Positions 29,417 to 37,815 of a DNA stretch of 64,000 nt are shown here, piece after piece. Position numbers and translations under genes: made by a program. This stretch comes from a virus. Position 1 is the first letter of the stretch. Every line of letters starts with the position of its first letter. The stretch spans positions 108,111-172,110 of IMG/VR virus record IMGVR_UViG_3300035070_002905. The stretch is one strand, 5' to 3'. The notes beneath the pieces are model-generated. The model was not told the origin of the DNA and searched no databases. It worked only from the letters and a program-made list of their open reading frames with translations.

Positions 29417-30391
29417 TTATAGGCGAGGACTGATTTGACCAAGCACGAATGCCTTCGTATTACCGATGCCAACACCTACTGCTTCGTAAGTCTTGAACGA
29501 GATCATATCTGCTTCAGACTTCAGGTATACAGTTGGCTCTTGTAGAGAGTAGAACTGACCGAAGTAAGCTTCAGGAGCGAATACTACTACTAAATCACCT
29601 TTAGCTGCAGTTTGTTCTGCATCTGTTCCGGCGTCAAGCCAAGCTGTATTCAAGATATCAGACTTGTTAGAAGTTACGATTTCGAAACCGTAGAAACCTT
29701 CCATTGAACCTGTGTCGAAGTGACGAGAAGCCACTGCGTCACCTAGCTGAGTAGCTGGTTCACGTAGAATCGCAAGGTAAAGCTGATGAGACATCAGGAT
29801 CTTGCCAGGTTTTTGGAAGTCATCAACCATGAACTGTACTAGCTGCATAAGCTTGTCAGTAACAGTTACGCCAGTCAACTCAGTATCGTTGTAGTAACGA
29901 CGACCAGACAAGCCACGAGTATCACTAAAGATCTGAGCTAGAGAAGTAATGAAGTTACTATCTTCTTGCTTCTGGATGTCTTTCACTGAGTTCTCTTGCA
30001 AGATGTGACGGATGTCAGTCTTGTAAGTAGCTAGCTCAAATTTAGACTTTTCGAATTCCGCAGATTCAATCTTGTGGAATGCTACTTGGTAACGTGAACC
30101 TTTGAAGTAACGAGTCTCAGACTTACCGTTCAATGCGATTGTAGCCGCTACTGAATCAGGTTCTTTCTCGATGATCACACGTGGTGTGTCGTCTAGGTCA
30201 CGGTCAAGGTCACTTGCTGTAACCATTTGTGGAGTAAGGATCTTACGAGTAAATCCGTCTTCACGTAGTTTTTGTCGAACGAACGTAGACATTGCTGCGC
30301 CCGCTTCTTTCGTCATGCCCTGCTCAATCTTATCTAGGAAAGCGTTGTTCAGGAACTGAACGTTCAGTGTTTCAGTTGCATATTCAGACAT
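29417..30391 (-). CDS. Major capsid protein
   Basis: 324 aa; follows protease/scaffold/decoration genes; followed by strong terminator; LREDGFTRKIL.P and IQKQED..F patterns. Confidence 0.8.
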   Translation of the reverse strand: MSEYATETLNVQFLNNAFLDKIEQGMTKEAGAAMSTFVRQKLREDGFTRKILTPQMVTASDLDRDLDDTPRVIIEKEPDSVAATIALNGKSETRYFKGSRYQVAFHKIESAEFEKSKFELATYKTDIRHILQENSVKDIQKQEDSNFITSLAQIFSDTRGLSGRRYYNDTELTGVTVTDKLMQLVQFMVDDFQKPGKILMSHQLYLAILREPATQLGDAVASRHFDTGSMEGFYGFEIVTSNKSDILNTAWLDAGTDAEQTAAKGDLVVVFAPEAYFGQFYSLQEPTVYLKSEADMISFKTYEAVGVGIGNTKAFVLGQISPRL

Positions 30392-30403
30392 TAGTCTCTC
30401 CTA

Positions 30404-30907
30404 TTACTTCAAGATGATTACACGAGTCGGTGCAGTAACACCAGTATCGTCAACAGCGTTGTTGTTAAGTTCTAGACAGTAAGCGCCTGGAACCGCATCA
30501 GTAACCGAACCTGAAATTGCACACCAGCAAGGGCGGTTTGTATTAGCATTGATGCCGATACCTACAGCAGCACCTGGAACTGGAGCAACGTCGTTAGTAC
30601 CGCCAGAACCAATCTCAGTAGTCTCTAACACAGCATTACCGAATAGTACGATGTTAGGCCATACTTGACCGCCTGTACCAGTAGTCTGTGAAAGGAAGTC
30701 GGCAGCACCACGAACGACTACGCCGATAGTACTCGTATCATTAGCAGTAGCAGCTTCAATTACTCCGCCTGCAGCAGTTACTTTAACAATATTTCCGTTA
30801 CCAAAAGTAGCAGAACCTGAACCGTAGTTCATCTCTGCAGTTGGTTCGGCCATAGGCCAGCCACGTAGGAAGTTCGCGGCATACTCAACAGTATTTAATC
30901 GAGCCAT
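30404..30907 (-). CDS. Putative capsid decoration/cement protein
   Basis: Small G/T/A-rich beta protein immediately upstream of MCP. Confidence 0.6.
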   Translation of the reverse strand: MARLNTVEYAANFLRGWPMAEPTAEMNYGSGSATFGNGNIVKVTAAGGVIEAATANDTSTIGVVVRGAADFLSQTTGTGGQVWPNIVLFGNAVLETTEIGSGGTNDVAPVPGAAVGIGINANTNRPCWCAISGSVTDAVPGAYCLELNNNAVDDTGVTAPTRVIILK

Positions 30908-30921
30908 CTATTTGTCTCCAA

Positions 30922-31449
30922 TTATGATAGTAAGAATTCGGTAAAGCTATCAACACCCGTCGCTAGACGATCTGATGGCCCACCCATATTCATTGGCGTG
31001 TTATTGACTTGATAAGCTACTTTCTGCAGGGTAGAATCATCTAGCATGCTTAGAGCATTTAGATCCTCACCTGAAAACACGCCAGTGTCAGATAGTGCTT
31101 CAACCGAAGGCGCCTTAACTGCATCTTCTGCAGCCTTTTCCATATTGGAAAGATCGGCCTCTCTGTTATCTAGTTTAACCTCTAAATCAGCAATATAACC
31201 AGCAGTCTTCTCAAAGATTGTCGCGAAGTGCTTAAGTTCCTTTGCTTTCTCGAGGTCTTGATCACGATTTGGATAAGCGCGCTCTGCTAATTTCTCAAGA
31301 AGACCTTCGGCGTCTGCCTGGTCGACGCCCTGTGTAGACAGGGCCTCAACTGTACTCTTCTTAATGTCGCCCCAGGTATTCTCAAGGGCGGAAGCTTGCT
31401 TCTCCAGATTTCTAGCCTGCGTGAATAGCAGGTCTGTAATCTCGGACAT
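30922..31449 (-). CDS. Acidic coiled-coil scaffold/core protein
   Basis: LEKQAS, FEKTAG, MEKAAE, LQKVAY; C-terminal DSFTEFLLS. Confidence 0.55.
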   Translation of the reverse strand: MSEITDLLFTQARNLEKQASALENTWGDIKKSTVEALSTQGVDQADAEGLLEKLAERAYPNRDQDLEKAKELKHFATIFEKTAGYIADLEVKLDNREADLSNMEKAAEDAVKAPSVEALSDTGVFSGEDLNALSMLDDSTLQKVAYQVNNTPMNMGGPSDRLATGVDSFTEFLLS

Positions 31450-31458
31450 GCTTACTCC

Positions 31459-31935
31459 TTATTTATTAGCAGCGCGTTCTTGCTTGCGGAGATCCTTGCG
31501 GATATCCTTATGCTGTTGCTTGGCGGATGCCTTACCGTGAGATGCACCTACTGCCGCGCCTGCCGCAAGACCATAAGTCTCTCGGTTACGCTTAACATGT
31601 GCGCCAGTCTTACCGGCTACGTCCTTTGCCTTACCGGCAAGTTTCTTAGCTTTCTTCTTGGCTTGCTGAGTACCTGCAGCTGCTAGCAAAGCTGTGTTCA
31701 GACCGGCAGTCTTATTCATCTTCGCGTCGCGAGTCTTCTTGGCTTGCTTCTGGGTCTTCTTCATCTCTTTAGAATCGCCAACTGCTACACCAGCACCTAG
31801 GCCTAGAGCCATACCAGTACCGACTGCGCCTGCTGTACCACTTTGTGCACCTTCTTTAAAGGCCTTTACACCTTTACGAGTAGCTTTACCCGCCGAACCA
31901 TCTTTGACTTTGCCGATGGCTTTCTTAGCCTTCAT
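31459..31935 (-). CDS. Lysine-rich basic ORF; probably the -1 frameshift extension of the upstream scaffold
   Basis: No clear RBS; reading frame is open back to the GGGAAAG site at 31962-31968. Confidence 0.65.
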   Translation of the reverse strand: MKAKKAIGKVKDGSAGKATRKGVKAFKEGAQSGTAGAVGTGMALGLGAGVAVGDSKEMKKTQKQAKKTRDAKMNKTAGLNTALLAAAGTQQAKKKAKKLAGKAKDVAGKTGAHVKRNRETYGLAAGAAVGASHGKASAKQQHKDIRKDLRKQERAANK

Positions 31936-31958
31936 TCGCCCAAGACGTCCGACGGCTT

Positions 31959-32702
31959 TTACTTTCCCGCTAAAGCGGCTTCCTTCACTAGCTCAACTGC
32001 AGAGGCGAAATCCATGCCGTCTTCAGTCATAAGCTCTTGAACAGCAGCTGCTTTTTCTAAATCTGAATAATCTTCTGATTGATCGCATGCTTGCTTAACA
32101 AGCTCAACTGCGTCTTCAAAAGAGTGACCTTCTTCTAGCAAGATGCCTACAGCAGCAGCTTTCTCAAGCTCGTCGCCTTCAGACTCAAGCTCTTCAGAAG
32201 CTTGCTTAACTAGTGCGATAGCATCTTCGAAGTCAACACCGTCAGCCATTAGCTCGTCTAGAGCAGCTTTCTTATCGATGTCGGAAGGTTTAGCTGGTAC
32301 GTTAGAAGGCTCATTACCTTCAGATGCCATTACGTCATCTTTGTGTTCGCCACCTGCAACGCCACGCTCTTGAAGTGCTTTAGCTACCTGAGTAACTGTT
32401 TTGCCTTCGCGAGGAGTCAGCTCATCACGAGCATCATCTGAAGCAACCATTGTATCGATTTCTGCGATAACTTTGTTTTCAGCAGCTTTCTCGTGACCAT
32501 CAAGCATTGCTAGGATGCTGTTTGCGATTTCTTGACCTGTAGCCATAGTGTTTGTATCTCCCATATCTGATGCAGATTTTTCTAAAGTTTCTTTAAGTTC
32601 GTCAGCAGCAGAAGTTTCTGATGCTACCTTCTCGATCTCAGCCGAGCCGTCTTCAGCCTCAAGACTTTGAAGCAGGCTGTCTAGAGTAAATTCGTTAGAC
32701 AT
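31959..32702 (-). CDS. Prohead scaffold/core protein
   Basis: GGAG RBS before MSNEF (32702); very acidic; three (E/K)KAA...LM/L.xG.xF..A..LVKxA repeats; directly after protease. Confidence 0.7.
   Translation of the reverse strand: MSNEFTLDSLLQSLEAEDGSAEIEKVASETSAADELKETLEKSASDMGDTNTMATGQEIANSILAMLDGHEKAAENKVIAEIDTMVASDDARDELTPREGKTVTQVAKALQERGVAGGEHKDDVMASEGNEPSNVPAKPSDIDKKAALDELMADGVDFEDAIALVKQASEELESEGDELEKAAAVGILLEEGHSFEDAVELVKQACDQSEDYSDLEKAAAVQELMTEDGMDFASAVELVKEAALAGK
31962..31968 (-). other. Programmed -1 ribosomal frameshift slippery site G GGA AAG
   Basis: GCG GGA AAG TAA; the -1 frame reads VKAVGRLGR-MKAKK... into the downstream ORF. Confidence 0.75.
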
Positions 32703-34137
32703 TGTATTCTCCAAGTTCATTACGAATCGCTAGATCCATAAGTTTCATTGTCAGGGCCGATTGCTCGACTCCACTATTTGATTTTACCTCACTGGCAGTC
32801 TTGTTCATCCCGCCTGCGATGGTACTAATCATTATTTTAGCGATTATCGCACCGCCAACCAGTTTTAGCAGCGTATTTGTGTTACCGGTAGTAGGCCTAC
32901 TATTAGTTTGTGTGAGGTTTCGCGCGTATTCAGGACGAATATCTGCACCCCCACGGCCTTCCTGCCAGTTAAGCGCTGCTCGTTTCTCTACGTAATCTCG
33001 CTGATAGCTAGATGTCTCCATATACTTATACAAGATGTTGATAAGCTTAGGATTCGGTAGAGTATCTTCCATATCAGGGATCAGTTCGTCGGCGTCAAGA
33101 GGGATACTCTCTACTCCGTTTTCCTGAAGTGCCTTCATGGCTAACATAGCGATCTCGCCTTCACGAGAGCCTACATACTTACTTGCTAATATTTTAACCA
33201 AAAACTCAACAGACGGATTAATTCCAAGGTGAGCAAGGGTAGAAATGATATCCGTAAGAGGGTACGGCTTGAGTACATCTACTACATCCATATCGGGATC
33301 GCGAACCTTCTCTAGGATCTGTAATAGACTTCCACTAGCCTCTACCTCGCCAGGAATTTCCTTAACGATATCAGCAGCTTTAGCTAAAGCGGCCTTCTTA
33401 ATGCTAGCTCGTTTCTCTGTACCGTAGGATACGCCTTCTGCGTCCGCAGCCTCTGCCGAACCGATAGTAACCTCGTCACCTGCAACTTTCTGGAGTACAG
33501 AACTAGTTACATCTGCGGGACGAATTACGATCGAAATGTCAAAGAATTTTAGCGGACCGACGTTGATCGCCATTACGCGACGGCCGTCAGGCATAATCTT
33601 ATTGAGTTGGGTAGTAAGATGCGAACAGTATTCTGCACGGCTATGCGCCTTATTATTACAGATACTACATACATCGTACGGGGTGTTACACGCCATAGAC
33701 GTCATAGGGAATTGGCCATCTTCGATAGCTGCAAGTTCCATAGCTCCCAGCTGCTTATCGACTTCGGCTACTAATTCTACTCGGTGCATACGTGGATTGT
33801 AGTACGAGTAGATTACCTTACCGATCGCTCGAGCGGGATCTTTATTGACGTGATGACGGAATACATGAGCGGGACTAGTCTCGAAAGTCTTGTACCACTG
33901 TAGCAGGTTATCCTCAGGGAAGTAGTCCCCGTTACGGTTAGAGCCGTAGTATTCGCCTGCACCCATAGCGTTGATGTGTAAGTAGAACTTGCCTTCTTCG
34001 GGAGTAATCTCCCCGACAAACTCCGTGACCTCATCTGCGGCCGCGGCTTTCTCAAGTCCACTAGAAGGAGACTCTAGGTCTAGTAGAGTCACCTCCCAAT
34101 CTTCAGAGAAGGACACAGCATCAATTAGCTTGTCCAT
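32695..34137 (-). CDS. Prohead (maturation) protease
   Basis: NRNGDYF, FRHH.NK, TSM.C..PYDVCSIC, YCSHL and FFDISIV.RPAD fit an HK97/herpes-fold head protease; head-module synteny. Confidence 0.75.
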   Translation of the reverse strand: MDKLIDAVSFSEDWEVTLLDLESPSSGLEKAAAADEVTEFVGEITPEEGKFYLHINAMGAGEYYGSNRNGDYFPEDNLLQWYKTFETSPAHVFRHHVNKDPARAIGKVIYSYYNPRMHRVELVAEVDKQLGAMELAAIEDGQFPMTSMACNTPYDVCSICNNKAHSRAEYCSHLTTQLNKIMPDGRRVMAINVGPLKFFDISIVIRPADVTSSVLQKVAGDEVTIGSAEAADAEGVSYGTEKRASIKKAALAKAADIVKEIPGEVEASGSLLQILEKVRDPDMDVVDVLKPYPLTDIISTLAHLGINPSVEFLVKILASKYVGSREGEIAMLAMKALQENGVESIPLDADELIPDMEDTLPNPKLINILYKYMETSSYQRDYVEKRAALNWQEGRGGADIRPEYARNLTQTNSRPTTGNTNTLLKLVGGAIIAKIMISTIAGGMNKTASEVKSNSGVEQSALTMKLMDLAIRNELGEYNV

Positions 34138-34145
34138 ATAGACTC

Positions 34146-34670
34146 CTATCGAGCCTGCTTGGCTAGCTTCTCTTCAAGTTCAGTTACTGCGCGAACAGTC
34201 TGAAGGTCTAGGCTCTCGCCGTGCACTGCGTTAGTCAGTACGTTAGCAAGTACGTTAGCATCGCCTGCTACTGTAGGAGCGAACGCGAAGATAGAATCTC
34301 CAAGACGCTTAGCTTTCATCGGGTTATCTGCAAGGATCTCAGACATCTTAATAGCCTGTTGAAGTGCCGCTTGATAGCGTTGCTTCTGACCAGATGCGCC
34401 CATAGAACCTACAGCTTTACTGAATGCCATTGCGCCTAGAGTACCCAGTGCAGTAGCGCCCATACCTAGAGCTGCCTTACCTACATTCTCGCCACCGAAA
34501 GCGCCTGCAAAGTCAGAACCCCAAGCAGCTTCCTTATCCATACCAGTAGTAAGCATCAGGCGTTCAAGTTCCTCTGCAGTCTTCTCGACTAGCTCTGCCT
34601 TATCGTACTCGCATGCCACTTTCTCAAGGCCTTCTGTTAGAGCCTCTTTAAATTCTTGAATTACGTCCAT
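34146..34670 (-). CDS. Putative internal head/ejection protein
   Basis: GAGGA RBS before MDVIQ (34670); LEKVA, VEKTA, MDKEA, then a Gly-Ala hydrophobic helix. Confidence 0.55.
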   Translation of the reverse strand: MDVIQEFKEALTEGLEKVACEYDKAELVEKTAEELERLMLTTGMDKEAAWGSDFAGAFGGENVGKAALGMGATALGTLGAMAFSKAVGSMGASGQKQRYQAALQQAIKMSEILADNPMKAKRLGDSIFAFAPTVAGDANVLANVLTNAVHGESLDLQTVRAVTELEEKLAKQAR

Positions 34671-34671
34671 A

Positions 34672-35676
34672 TTATCCTCGTAGAGATTTCCAAGCATCAT
34701 GCTTGCGGTTAGTTTTACGCGATACTTCAGCAGCTGAATCCGCTACCGACCACGTATTGTATGCCTTCTTAGCCTTACTGGCTGCCGGGCTTTGCTTAGC
34801 TGCGGCTGCTCGTGACTTACCAGACTTAATGGTATTCTGAGCAGTTACTTTAGCTGCATTAAGGAATGGCGCCAGCGCCTCCTTGATGAATCCCTCGGCT
34901 TGTACAACCTTAGGTTCCAGCTCTGACAGCTCAGCTTGTGCTGCCTTTACCATAGTAAGTGTTTCTGATAGATATTTTACGTCGCTCAGTGCACTATCGG
35001 TAAATACTGTACGGCTTTCCTGAGGTTTAGCAGGAGTGAACTCGTTACGAATACTTGCAGCTTTCTCTAGTCCCATAGGAACATCGAGGATATCACCGTC
35101 GAAATGCTGAGACTTAATACCGTCAGGGTAGATCAGTTTGCATAGTTCATCGGCGTTATCAAAATGAGCAACCTTCTCTAGTACTTTAGGATCTCCGAAT
35201 ACTACATCACGTGCAGCGGCTAGCTTGCATAGGTTGTCATGGCTAGCTTCCTTCAGATGATCTACTCGACGACGGCCGTGTTCTGACTGACGCTTAAGCA
35301 TCTTGATCTTATCTGTACGGCCCCACTTCTCGAGGTCTGCCTCTTTCTCAGTGGCTACCTTCTCCATAGGCTCGGCGAAGATGTCTGTGATGCTAGAGAG
35401 AACGTCGGGAGTATCCTGTACGCTCGCCTGCTTGGTAAACATACCAGACATTACATCATCGTATTTAGCTACGTCAAACTCAAAGGTACGATCAGCCGAC
35501 TTCTCTAGTTGAGAAAGGTAGGCGACTTGGTTAGTCGCCTCCACTAGTCGTTGAATCTGATCGGGGTTGAGTTCGTTATCCATAGCCTGCTTAGTAATGG
35601 CTCCCGTTAAGTTACCATCCTGAGCATCGACGACACAGCGTGCCGCCATCGTTTTTAAGGCTTCTGGTGTGAACAT
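34672..35676 (-). CDS. Putative prohead core protein with many KxA motifs
   Basis: ITKQAM, LEKSAD, FTKQAS, MEKVAT, LEKVAH, LEKAAS, MVKAAQ, FIKEAL; LNPDQIQRLVE..N. Confidence 0.6.
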   Translation of the reverse strand: MFTPEALKTMAARCVVDAQDGNLTGAITKQAMDNELNPDQIQRLVEATNQVAYLSQLEKSADRTFEFDVAKYDDVMSGMFTKQASVQDTPDVLSSITDIFAEPMEKVATEKEADLEKWGRTDKIKMLKRQSEHGRRRVDHLKEASHDNLCKLAAARDVVFGDPKVLEKVAHFDNADELCKLIYPDGIKSQHFDGDILDVPMGLEKAASIRNEFTPAKPQESRTVFTDSALSDVKYLSETLTMVKAAQAELSELEPKVVQAEGFIKEALAPFLNAAKVTAQNTIKSGKSRAAAAKQSPAASKAKKAYNTWSVADSAAEVSRKTNRKHDAWKSLRG

Positions 35677-35677
35677 A

Positions 35678-37804
35678 TTATCCCTCGTGTGCGATTAAGT
35701 TTTGCAGCTCTACGTAGTTCTCTCCGAGATTACGGAAGGTGTTACGAGTAGCTGTCATCAGTGAGTTAAGTGCATCGGCATCGATCTGCTCTGCCAGCTT
35801 AGCACTGTTAAGGCGCATAAGGAACAGTGAACGTCCCAGCTTGTCGATTGCATCCTTGATATCAGGTAGATACTCTTGGATTGCTCCGTGCATATCCGGG
35901 TTATGGAGCATCTCGGTAATCAGAGTAGCCTCCATAGCCTGACGGTCAGCCGAAGCTGCAGCATTCTCTACCTTACCTGGCATGCCCTCGTTACGTTGGC
36001 GTGCGGTACCGGTAATCTGCTTATCATTAGGAAGTTTCTCACCGTACTCAACCATAGGAGAGCGCATTGTAGCACCGCCACCAGTGGAAGGACGACCGCC
36101 GCCTCGAGCTGCCTCTTTATTCATACCGAAGAACGCGTCCATCTCCTTAGCGGCTGCATCTTTCAGCATACCTACTGCGCGATCTTCTGCGGTACCCGTC
36201 AGCTGCTCGGTCTGACCCTTCCCGCGGACTGCGGTATGAGTAGCTCCTAGAGCTGAAGCGGATGTAGGTGCAGGGATGTTTCCGTAACGTGGGAATGGCG
36301 CCGGTTTAGCGTTACGAGAATCCTGACCACCTGAACCGGTACGTGCGTTGGCTTGCTTGCTCATACGGATATTAACCGTACCCTGCTCTTCAGCCTTCTT
36401 AACGAAAGTCTCAACGGTCGGTACGTCCATCGACCAGGTTACCAGGCCGTGTGTGATCATCTGAGGTTTACCGCCTACTACCTGACCGTCTACTGCATAT
36501 TGACCATCACGGTGCTGTAGAGTAGATGCGTAAGGGAGTGCGCGTGCCTCGTTGATCTCATGGATCATCTGTGCCTTATTGATATCAGTCATGATTTCAA
36601 CAGGTGCTTCAGATAGTGGAACGAATGTAGCATCCTCTGGAATAAGGTGCATACCTTTAGACTTGCAGTAGCGCTTGATAGATGGATGAGTCTTGAAGTA
36701 AGTACAACCACCATCGCCTAGTACCTTGAAGCAAGTCCAATCGCCTTCTTTGTATACTTCAGCCACTGTACCGGCCTCTGCATATCCTTCAGGAGTAGCG
36801 AACATACCATAGTCTTTCTGCTTGACGGCTACTAGAGCCTTGGCGCCAAGCTCTTCGAGTGCCGATTCATAGCTGACCGGACGCTCGTATACTACAGGCT
36901 TCTGCTTACACGTCATGCTAACCATCTGGCCTTTAGTAGTAACTACCAGAGGACCTTCGCCGATAGGAGCATTCGTACCGCGACCCAGTCGCTTATTAAG
37001 TAGAAGGGCATCGCCGTCCTGATTAGACTCAAGACGCTTAAGACATACCACGCTGATATCTTGTCCGGCCATAGTAAGACCGTTGTAGGCCTCGCCAGGT
37101 TGCAGGGAGTTAGCCTGAACGAATGCGTCTACACCACCGGCTTCTACAGCTACGATGGTTGACTTAGGTGCGTTCTTAACGGTGTAGCCTTTACTTAGTA
37201 CTTCCTGAACCTGCTCTTCGCTAAGTCCACCGGCCTGAGTGACAACCTCTGGCATTGGACCTACCGGTGCACGGTATTCAGGCTTCGGACGATTAATCGC
37301 CTCGATTAGAACCTCTACATCCATTACTGGATTGATGTGGTTAGCGCACTTCTGAATCATCGCCGCCATACCTTCACGCAACTCGTTAGGAAGCTGAGCT
37401 GCAAGTTCATGTACACGGGACTCGCCTGCGTATACGTACTTACCAGTCTTAGGTGGAACGATGGCATCATATAGATCAGGATCTCGAGCCACGTGGCCTG
37501 GAACCTTCTCGCCCTGACCGAGGAACGGGTCCTTCTCCATCAGCCATTCGACTGACTTCTTGGTTAGCGGGATGAATACCTTAGCTTCGGCGTCGAAGAT
37601 CGACTCCATAGGCTGTACGGTATCACCCTTAGCAATAACAGGTACGTAGTAGTACTTGTTATTCATATCGATAATGAACATACCGATCTGAATGCCATTG
37701 TTTTCAGGCAACTCCTCGGTCATGTCCTTGAAAGCTGCGACGTAGCGTCCCAGTTCCGGGGCTTGACGTTGAAGCTGGTTCATCGCCTGCTTAGAATAGT
37801 CCAT
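35678..37804 (-). CDS. Large putative internal head protein (708 aa)
   Basis: YSKQA, FVKKA, MSKQA, MNKEA motifs; located in head module. Confidence 0.55.
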   Translation of the reverse strand: MDYSKQAMNQLQRQAPELGRYVAAFKDMTEELPENNGIQIGMFIIDMNNKYYYVPVIAKGDTVQPMESIFDAEAKVFIPLTKKSVEWLMEKDPFLGQGEKVPGHVARDPDLYDAIVPPKTGKYVYAGESRVHELAAQLPNELREGMAAMIQKCANHINPVMDVEVLIEAINRPKPEYRAPVGPMPEVVTQAGGLSEEQVQEVLSKGYTVKNAPKSTIVAVEAGGVDAFVQANSLQPGEAYNGLTMAGQDISVVCLKRLESNQDGDALLLNKRLGRGTNAPIGEGPLVVTTKGQMVSMTCKQKPVVYERPVSYESALEELGAKALVAVKQKDYGMFATPEGYAEAGTVAEVYKEGDWTCFKVLGDGGCTYFKTHPSIKRYCKSKGMHLIPEDATFVPLSEAPVEIMTDINKAQMIHEINEARALPYASTLQHRDGQYAVDGQVVGGKPQMITHGLVTWSMDVPTVETFVKKAEEQGTVNIRMSKQANARTGSGGQDSRNAKPAPFPRYGNIPAPTSASALGATHTAVRGKGQTEQLTGTAEDRAVGMLKDAAAKEMDAFFGMNKEAARGGGRPSTGGGATMRSPMVEYGEKLPNDKQITGTARQRNEGMPGKVENAAASADRQAMEATLITEMLHNPDMHGAIQEYLPDIKDAIDKLGRSLFLMRLNSAKLAEQIDADALNSLMTATRNTFRNLGENYVELQNLIAHEG

Positions 37805-37815
37805 TTATATACTCC

